This document shows, piece after piece, positions 31,601 to 40,400 of a DNA stretch of 64,000 nt. This stretch comes from a virus. Its lineage: Duplodnaviria; Caudoviricetes. The position numbers and the translations under genes were made by a program. Position 1 is the first letter of the stretch. The number at the start of each line of letters is the position of its first letter. Below the pieces are notes generated by a model. It searched no databases, was not told where the DNA came from, and saw only the letters and a program-made list of their open reading frames with translations. The stretch spans positions 3,256-67,255 of the IMG/VR virus record IMGVR_UViG_3300048016_000072; one strand, 5' to 3'.

Positions 31601-34427
31601 TTTTATTGGGTTTAGTACAAAAGGTAGAGAGATTCTTTTAAACTATGGTGTTAGTAATAAGGATATAACGTTTAACATTGCTCACCCTTCAAGAGACAAC
31701 TACACTAGTGTTGAGTTTACTTATACAGGTGCTAAGTCATCTAATAATGTTCCAACTGAAGTAGCAGAGCCTATAGAGGTTGAACCAACACCAGAAGTAT
31801 CGTCTGAAGATCAACCAGTACCAGTAACTCCAGAAGAAGCTGTTCAAGTTGAACAACCTCCAGTAGTTGCTGAAGCTCCAACGGAGACTCCAGTAGTTGT
31901 TGATGAAGAACAACCTGATCCTGAGCAAGAAGAGTATGAAGCTAATCCTAACAATAGTCTTGAAGTAAGCGGAGTTAAGTTTGTTCTTGGTAATTATATA
32001 GTACCAACTGATGGTTCAGAGGTAGTAGTTAAGATTGTTTCTGTTGGTAAAGATAGAGTTTGGGTACAACATGGTAATGAATCAGAGTATGAGCTTACAG
32101 ATAAGCAGTTAGCTGATTTTCTTACAAACAATGCTATTACTGTATCTTCTAATCCAAAAGCAAAGACAATGGTCACTCCAGTAGCTACGGTTACTGAAGC
32201 TCAAAAGAAAGAAGTACAGAAAGCAAAAGAAGCTCAAGAAGAAGATGTTGATTTAGATGCTCTTGAGTATACTACAGATAATGTTGATATTGATTATGTT
32301 GATGGTACAAATCCTGATACATCTGTTGAGGAAGATTCAAGAACACCAATCAACTCTGGATCAAAGATCAATAATGCATCTGACAACTTTGTAGTGTATA
32401 CAGATAAGAAAGGTGTTCGTAGACTAAAGCGTACTGATGGTAATGAGTCTTATCCATTAATCTTAGGAACATCTCGTATACAAGAAGGTACTCCTTTAAT
32501 GTTTGAGATTGATTCTAACATTGCTGACTTTGATGATTATGATTATGTTCAGCAAACTGGTATCACAAAGCGTAAGAAAGAAGACTTCTTTAATGCTGAC
32601 GGTAAGATAAAAGAAGAAGCTATTAATGACTTCCCAGTTGCTATCTATACTATGAATAATGGTAAAAAGATAAAGCTTGGATACTTGCCAACAGTTAAGT
32701 TTGTTACAGCTAGATATTCTGACTCAGGAGTATTAGCTCACACAAAAGAACGTATTGTTACACCTGATGGTACAGTTATTGATAACCTTGCTATTCAACG
32801 TCAAGCTATTCTTGATCATAGAAAAGCATTGTTCAACGGCTTTAAAAAATATAAAGCGACTGTATTTACAAGTACTGTAATAGCAAAGTCAGTTGGTGTA
32901 CTAAGAACTGACGGTTCAAAGAAACCATTGAAGCAAGCTTTAAGCAAAAATACTCAAGTTGCTATTATTAAGCAAGGTAAAGTACACGTTACTGATAAGT
33001 ACTCTGAGAGTAATCTTTATGTACCAAACATTATTACTGACGGTAAAGCAAATGGATGGCCAGTTGCTATAATACCAACTCCAACAGGTAAGCGTCTTGC
33101 TTCTCTTGTTACGGTTCCTGTATTAAAAGACGGACACATTGATTTTATTCTTGGTTCATGGAGAGCGTTTCATAACTATAACGTTGATGTAGCAGCAGGA
33201 AAGAATAGTAAAGATAGTGATCTTGCTATTATTCAAGCTGTGTACAAAGCTTATGGTATTGAGTTTATTGACGGAGAGACTGCTGACTTTGCACGTTTAA
33301 GCAAGTATGTTAATGATTACATTACTCATACTAGTTCAAAAGCATACAATCCAATAAGTCAAGGTAAAGTTCACTTTAATATTACACCAAAAGGATACTT
33401 ATCAATATGGCAAGTAAACACAGGTGATAAGAAAAAGGACAGTCTTATTATCGGAAACTTAGATGAGATATCAGAAGAAAAAATCAATAAGTTTTACGAT
33501 ATTGCAGCAAACTTAAGATACAGTATACGCTTTGGTACTGAGCAATCAGCAGGTATTGGTAATGATAAGTTAATGACTGATCTTACTATCAACCCTGATA
33601 CAGGTGCTTTAGAGCAATCACAGCCTATGACGTATAATGAATATATGCTACAAACACTTGAGACTACATTAGAAGAAGGACGTCCTTACGATGAAGCTAA
33701 CATAGATGCTGATGAGTTAGTACACTTCTCTAACCCTGTTGTTGTATTTGGTAATATAGATTCAGAGACTCCATCATCAGGTACTAAACCTGAAGTTGCA
33801 CCAAAAGCTCCTGCTCCTGTTGAACCAACAATAGATCCTAGAGTTTTAATAGAGAACGAAAGAAAAAAAGATAAGCAGCAAAACAAAGATATTCCTGAAA
33901 GTAATTATATCTTACCACAAAAGTCACCTAAAGAAGTTTTAATAAAGTTTAGAGAATATCTAACAGATGTTTTAGGTTGGGTTAATATGCCAATATCTTA
34001 TAATAATAACGAGTTAGTTCTAGACTATTTAGGAACAGAATTAAGAGTGTCTGCAAAAGTCGTTCAGTTAGGAGCGGGTAATGATCAACTTAATCTAAAC
34101 AATGTAAGCGGAGTTACTTCTAATTTTATAGAGATAGATGTAAATAGTGTAATTGATGCTAAATATGATGCAGAACTAGTAGCATTAGAAGGTAAAGTGG
34201 TTGATTCTGCGTATATTAATGTAACGGATACATCTAAATCACAAGCACCTTTATCTCAAGAAGAAGCATTGGCTAAGTTCATGGATATGGACTTTGGACA
34301 ACAGTTTGGTGCTAATCAAACAGTTAACAAAGATCTAATCAAAGGCAACGATGATGAGTTGAAGTCAATAGCAACTACTACTAAGAAACTAGAGAACGAG
34401 AATAAACTTAACAAGAAGTGTAACTAA
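28635..34427 (+). CDS. Giant virion cargo protein (RNAP-associated)
   Basis: 1930 aa. Amphipathic/TM-like N-terminal region (SEGLQELFQ motif) and an acidic Pro-rich linker. Precedes the vRNAP as in crAss-like phages. Confidence 0.7.
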   Translation: MESILNSLNNSLGGPDIKTPDLEPKLLDFIDPFEQRGQEQAQQLVSSSTADPTASFLSGALAGGPSLSTQMQPINFNPEQTQLDRYTNSSYSAELGFDPRRNNEELYASRQTWGDTMGNAFAGAGRLASNTFLEGWKGWGRLADAMTSFDASKLQPDETEMYQMAKIQEDVMNKYAIFRSADSEKSVFNKQFFGDLVQNSGFAVGAIAQALSEELLTFGASSLFSATKLGMRFMKGVDKLQDVEEFARLNKSLGDIYKQEGLAKTIWKGFQKFNPIGSTTNAIEKAVVAGKNGAGAAQIAALTFGGFRRTLSEANMARSEAIFEAAGTYKELKDRLTEQHLERTGELPVGEDLERIDRVSKDASSDNFNVNFGMLFALNRFQFDNMLGHFNAERRLFKNVGQYADDVLKVSGKVADKELTKVYQVGSLGALGAAKEIATDFGKKEAAWQVSKFLGKNLFKWETSEGLQELFQEGSNKGLQDYYYDLYHGKKGYSGKTDAIMSSVQNPLADTQGMKTFLMGAVTGRLLSPINFTMGKVQERMMTTDKQREEIKKDKTATVAAINEFYKNPYAVLKDEIANFKVQNKVAATMQEAVGNKDKYTYYNSRDTAFAKAVSAAKKAGMVSSLIDTIRGQGESFSVEDAKEAYGLDPTVDSAKSVKEYFNKIANDVETFNKTWETLNEKYGDLIQPDLYSEGSQGQKDAQMLKSVLDDYIEMLATNSFKAKSAIERANALYTRAAANPNLGGAASAAYKVLGSQPKMLGEMDLLIKEIDNLKQVKKRTPEEAQTLKYKERQLQAISKWFDSWQNLSNRDETNMSKREQRYAKDAYKRFINYKTEEAGLNTALLSNTDIDETYEDLLEYIQLNNDSEEHLNAYNFLADPTSIVTLANRMKAAKKVVQGQLAKEAKDEATKSFTDSLTGAVAPEDGENITDPDTSDLTEDVEDAANAPEGGTINVETLLADLKEGYFQVIKSQLEISEEGMGVMNPAAFIGFSTKGREILLNYGVSNKDITFNIAHPSRDNYTSVEFTYTGAKSSNNVPTEVAEPIEVEPTPEVSSEDQPVPVTPEEAVQVEQPPVVAEAPTETPVVVDEEQPDPEQEEYEANPNNSLEVSGVKFVLGNYIVPTDGSEVVVKIVSVGKDRVWVQHGNESEYELTDKQLADFLTNNAITVSSNPKAKTMVTPVATVTEAQKKEVQKAKEAQEEDVDLDALEYTTDNVDIDYVDGTNPDTSVEEDSRTPINSGSKINNASDNFVVYTDKKGVRRLKRTDGNESYPLILGTSRIQEGTPLMFEIDSNIADFDDYDYVQQTGITKRKKEDFFNADGKIKEEAINDFPVAIYTMNNGKKIKLGYLPTVKFVTARYSDSGVLAHTKERIVTPDGTVIDNLAIQRQAILDHRKALFNGFKKYKATVFTSTVIAKSVGVLRTDGSKKPLKQALSKNTQVAIIKQGKVHVTDKYSESNLYVPNIITDGKANGWPVAIIPTPTGKRLASLVTVPVLKDGHIDFILGSWRAFHNYNVDVAAGKNSKDSDLAIIQAVYKAYGIEFIDGETADFARLSKYVNDYITHTSSKAYNPISQGKVHFNITPKGYLSIWQVNTGDKKKDSLIIGNLDEISEEKINKFYDIAANLRYSIRFGTEQSAGIGNDKLMTDLTINPDTGALEQSQPMTYNEYMLQTLETTLEEGRPYDEANIDADELVHFSNPVVVFGNIDSETPSSGTKPEVAPKAPAPVEPTIDPRVLIENERKKDKQQNKDIPESNYILPQKSPKEVLIKFREYLTDVLGWVNMPISYNNNELVLDYLGTELRVSAKVVQLGAGNDQLNLNNVSGVTSNFIEIDVNSVIDAKYDAELVALEGKVVDSAYINVTDTSKSQAPLSQEEALAKFMDMDFGQQFGANQTVNKDLIKGNDDELKSIATTTKKLENENKLNKKCN

Positions 34428-34428
34428 T

Positions 34429-37400
34429 ATGGCATGTTTATATAACATTAGCGGATCAGAGTTTTCAGAAGTAGAGGTTAAGCAGATTCTAAAGAGTGCT
34501 GCTACTCTACCAGGTAATGAAGGTCTGTCTGATGAACAATTATTAGATCTTGTAAAACAAGCTGTTGAAGATCGCTTTGTTAACATCAACTTATTTAATC
34601 TTGTACAAGAGCAGTCAATAACGAACGCGATCTTTTCTCAGTTCGTTGATGAGCTTGGTCTGTTAAAGCCAGGTGGTACGTATGAGAAATCATCTCGTGT
34701 TTTATTTGCTGATATAAAGAGTAAGTTAAAGAACACTGCTTTAAAGGTTAAGTATTTTACTGAGAATATTGCTACTTCAGAAGAAGCATATAATGCTTTA
34801 AAAGAATCAGCAACAGAAGATATGCTTTCTAAGATACCTGAGCTTGGTATTCTTAACTACAAGGAGTTCTCTTATCTTGGAGAGTTGCTAGATAACGTTA
34901 CTGATGATGAGAACTTCAATAAGTTCACAGAGCAAGTTATCATTAAGCTTAATCGTTTAGGACTAAAGGTTTCATCTGAAAACGAGATTCAAGACTTTGG
35001 TTTAACAAACGAATATTATGAGAGCTTACTTGCTGATGCAGGTGAGTTATTTGGTGAAGATGATGTTGATGTTGAAGACCCTTCAGTAAACGAAAGCTTT
35101 TCTGATTCACGTTCATTCCAGATGAACCCAAAGGATACTGCTACGACTCGTGTAAAGCTGTTATTTTCAAGCATTAAGAGTGACAAGGCTAATCTATTAG
35201 GTCTTGCTGATTTCGTGGCTTACGATCAAGTATTTGAAGACCTGTTAGTATTAGGTGCGGGATTGCAACATGTTACTTATGAGTCTTTGCAAGAATCTAT
35301 TTTAGAGAAAGCTCAGGTTAAGCCATACCTACTAAACGTTCATAAAAAGTTAGGTGAGTTACAAGCGTCAAAAAACGTTCAGCTACTAAACGAAGTACTT
35401 ACTGTAATAAACAAAGCATACACAGATCATACTATGTTGCTTTGGGAGAAAGGTAAAGAAGGTGGTGTAACTGTTAAAGTCATTAGCTCTAATCGTAATA
35501 GCGTTGTCAGACAAATAAAAAGCGATTGGTTAGAGTTACAAAAAGTATCAAAGCTTGTTAACAAGAATAAGTTTGGTAACTTAGTTATAAACACTGAGTT
35601 AGCTAAGTCATTGAAAGAGAAGTACTTAGAGATTAGATCTGGTAATAACTTAACAAAGAAACAAGAGTTCTTTAAAGAGTTACTTACTTCAATGAATATT
35701 CCTGTTGATGATGCTTACATGAAACATGTTGGAGCAGCATTAAAAGCAAACAAGTTCAGAACCTTTAAAGCAAAGAGCTTCTCTGATTTACTTGCAACAG
35801 GTAATGTTGTTGATAATATTCTTAATACGTTAACAGCTGATATTGATACAACAACTGAGTCAGCAAACTACGAAGATAAGAACAACCCTATTGTTCACGA
35901 GCGTGTATTTAATATACTTGCAAGTCTTTACTATGATTTACACTCAGATATCTATCAAACTGGTAGTTATCAGAATGGTGAGAACAAAAACATCTATGCT
36001 TATGTACAACCTTCTTACTTAGAAACAGTAAAGAAAAAGCTAAAGACAAAGAGTTTCTTAGAGGTACTAAGCAATAGAGCTTATAGTAAAAGTTCAGAAG
36101 TAGTTAGACGTTTGCTTGAAGACGAGAAGACTGATAACGAATCATTTGTTTATGCAATATCGTATTCAGATAGTATAAAAGAAGATAAGAAAGGTGAGAT
36201 TGGTAAGGTTAAAAAGAACCAGTCACCAAGAGAGTTAATTCTTGATACATATTTAAAGCATCAGAATAACTTTGCTAAGACTGGCTACTATAATATGTTT
36301 ACTTTATCGGATAAGACAACCGCTCCGGTAATACAAATAACAAAAGATAGTCTTGACCCATCAACTGATTTTGCTTTCTTCAAGACTAAGCCAACAGTTA
36401 GAGATTCATTCCAGTTTAAAGACGCATTCAAGAATAAGTTATATGATCTAGCAAAAGCTGAGATAGATCGTATGATTGCGTATGCTAACTATACTAAGAA
36501 AGAAAAGCTGAACATTGCTAACTTTGAAACAGCTAGTAAGATGTTCTTTTTATTCCCAGTATTAAACAATCGTTCTGATGCAAAGCTTAATATGATCAGA
36601 ACAAAGATCTATCAAGGGGTTGAACCATCCATAGAAGATGCTCAATACCTAAAAGATCTTATTGGTGAGTCAATAAAAGATGACGTTATAAAAGAGTTAT
36701 CTAACTTGTTGCGTAAAAACATTATATCAAAAGGACCAACTAGTATTGATCCAGCAACAAATAGAGTACAGACATCTTATTACTTTCCTTTCTTTAATAA
36801 TGTTTACATGAATCAGCTTTCACAGCTACAAGATTCAAGTAAGGCTATCTTTGCTATTGCAGATTTAAAGTATAACGTGCTTAGAGCTCAGATTAATACT
36901 ACTCAAGTATTAGGTGCTGATATGGCTTTATTCTATAAAGAGTCAAAGCTTGTTAGTGCTAATCAAATCAAAGAGGTATTTGGTGAGTCAATGACTGTTA
37001 ATCAGTTATTGTCATACAATGTATCAACTGAGATGACACCAGAAGAGCAGAGCAAACGTAATATTATAAACGATGTTCTTAATGGTACAGTACTAAGTAC
37101 AGTTGATGAGTTCTCAAAACGTGCTGCTATGTTTATTGCTCCTGGTTCTCAGGGTACTACAACTTGGCAAAGCACAAAGGGAAAGATTGTTGATGTATCT
37201 TTATACAAGATGATTACGTTAAAAGACGTGATTAAGTCTAACGATCAGTTCAGCAAGATTGAAACAACGGATGCTCAGGAGTTTGTTACATTACAAGAGC
37301 ATATTAATCGTATGATGTCTGAGGGCAGAATCCCTTTAGATATTTATGAGAGTATTTCTGATAAGATAGCACAAGCTCGTAAGAAGAAAACCTTTGATTA

Positions 37401-40400
37401 CTCTTTATCAGATATCGAGTTAGGGTTTGTATTGCAGCCAACAAAGCCAGTACATTCTTCTAACTCTGAGACCGATGGGTTTAATGAGATTAACTACGTT
37501 AAGTCTTCAGCATATCCTCTTATTCCAGATAACACGCGCGATTCAGAGATGGACAAGCTTCGTGTGTTCATGGAGAAAAACAACGTCGGTTCTGCTGCAT
37601 TTAAAACTGCAACAAAAACAGGTGCACCTATATCAACATTAGAAGTGTTTGATGATAACGGTAACTTTATTGAGCCATCTGAAGCTGAGCTCTCTTCTAA
37701 CGTGCAGACTCTTTCAAGAGAAGGTCTTCGTACACAACAAGAGATTCCTCACCAAAAAGAGATGATTAACGTTGTTAGTCAGATGGACCGTCAGTTATTT
37801 GAAGGTCTTGATAGCGTTCTTGACTTTATGTTTGCAGGCAAGAAGCTTACGGCAGCTCAGTTAAAAGGATTGAAAGAGCAGATTCGTATTGCTTTATTTG
37901 AAGGAAATGCTGAAGAGCTTCTTGATAGAATGGGTGTTTCAATAACCGATGAGTATGTTTCATTCAAGAGCGAGAGAAGCCTAGCTAACTTATTAAAAGA
38001 AGAAGCTATTTCTCGTAACTTAAGCATAAACGATATTCGTTCTATTGCAACAAACAAAGACGGTAAGTTAGTTATACCAGTATATTTATTATCAAATAGC
38101 TCTAAGTTTGAAGGATTGCTTACATCTATCTTTAGTAAAGTAGTTAAGCTAAAGCTTACTGGTACATCATTAGTACAAGTATCTGCAGTTGGTACAAAGA
38201 TTAAAGAGGGTGAGTTATCTGATAAGTTAAAGAGTGAGATTGTTTATACAGAAGTGTATGATGCCTCAAAAGGATTACAGTATATCAGAAAAGAAGCTGA
38301 TGCTGTATCTAAAGGCGGGAAGGTAAAGAAAGGTGAGGTGCAAGCAGCACAAGTATTTATGTCTCAGTTCTTAAAGGATGAGAACGGAAAGCTTATAAAC
38401 ATAAAAGACTTTGCTACAAAAGATGAGAACGGTAGATTGATTCTTGACAGTACACGCATTCCAAGAAAGTTATTACAACTTATTGGTGCACGTATTCCAA
38501 ATCAGTTGCACTCATCAATGCTTCCTATTGAAGTTGCTGGTTTCTTACCATCATATATGGAGAACACTATTATTGTTCCTGATGGTATTACAGCACAGAT
38601 GGGTTCTGACTTTGACGTTGATAAGTTATATGCTTATTTATCTAATCCTAAGTATACTTACAAGAATTCTGCATCTAAGTTAATAGATGAACTTACAAAA
38701 GAGAAAGAAGCTATAAAAGATAAGTACAAAGAACAGTTAGAAAAAGCAGATATTGATTTAGCAAAGTTACTTAACAGCGAACAACAGTTTGAGATTGCAA
38801 AGCTTAACGAAAGCATTGAGAAGTATAGAACTCGCTTAGGTTATAAGAATCTAGGTGAGAAAGAGCGTGAGCAAAAGCAACGTATTCTTGATGGTTTATA
38901 TGAGAAGAGATCTTCAATCTATGATGAAGTAGCTAATGGTGTTGAGCGTAAGAAGCTTAATCAAACAAAGTATAAGATTAAGAGTCAGAGAGCTGCTGAG
39001 CTAACTGCTATAAACGATAAGATAAAAGCACAGAAGTCACAGATCGAATCTGTTGAGCCAGTTGCTTACGAGTCGTCTATTAGCGATTTTAAAAACTTTG
39101 ATCCAAAGTCTTTATCAGAAGAGCAGTTGTTTGAGATGTATAAAGATATACACTGGTCAGTACTTACTCACCCAACAACATTTGATAAGATTACGTCATC
39201 AATCGACTTGTCTGACTACAACGATGAGAAAGAGTTATTCTATAAAGAAGGTATTGCAACATTACCAGTTAACTTCTTACCGTTTGATTACAATACTCAG
39301 ATCAATACGTTCTTAGATAATAGAAGTGGTAAACTAGGTACAGGTATCTTTGCTCAGCTATTATCATTCCTTGCTGAACATCAAGACAAAAAGACTGTTG
39401 GTTTTTCTGCTGGTATTAACATTAAGAAAGATAGCGGTGAGATTGTAAATCTTAGCTATCTAACTGCAGAAGGTAATACTACATTTAAGAGCGATGCTAC
39501 GGGTAAGACATTAACAAGATCAAAGACTCAGAATGCTTCTGCTACTCTTAACGAATCATTAGACAACGCAAAGAATAAGAACCTTAACGTATTTAACTTG
39601 AATAGTGCATCAATGGCACCAGCTAAGTTACTTATGTCATTAAGTTCTAACAGTGGTGAGATTGCTGACTTACGTTACGTAACACGTTTCTTCCCTCAGT
39701 TTATTGTTAAGTATCTTAATGAACAAGAAGAGATATCAAAAGATAGTTTTGCTGGTGGACAGAAGAAGTATACATCTGAGATTATTGCAGATGTTAAGAT
39801 GCAGTTTATTAATCTGCTAAGTGCAAATGCTAGAGAGCTTGCAACAGAAGATAATATTGGTGCTATGCCAGTACTTAATCCAAAAGAGCTTCTTGATCTT
39901 TTAAAAGAAGAAGTAGTATTGCGACCTAAGTTGAATCAACTTATGCTTGCTTATTCTCCAGCGGATATCAACTTTAAGCCAGAAGATAGAAAAGTACTTG
40001 ATGAGTTTATCATGAAGCAGTTATCTATTCTTACTTACTATGAGACATTACATGCTTACGGTACTCCTCAATCAACATTACTAAATAACAGTAATGTTAT
40101 TAGTCAAGGTGTTGGATCTAACTTGTTTACTTTACTAAGTAAGTATCGTAAGTTCCAGAGTATTGCAAAAGCTGCTGATACTCAATATGGTGAAGGTTTA
40201 CCTGTTGTTATTAAGCCATTAAAAGGAGATCCTGTAGTAGTTGATAGACTATTAAACATTGATGCTATCTTTGGTAAGTTTGAGACTGATCCAATTAGTG
40301 AGAGTGTTGACTTTACACCAACTACTCAGACTGGTCATGCTGTTAAGAATAGTATCTTCTTAGCATACAAAGTATTAAGTAAGGTATCACCTATTCACTT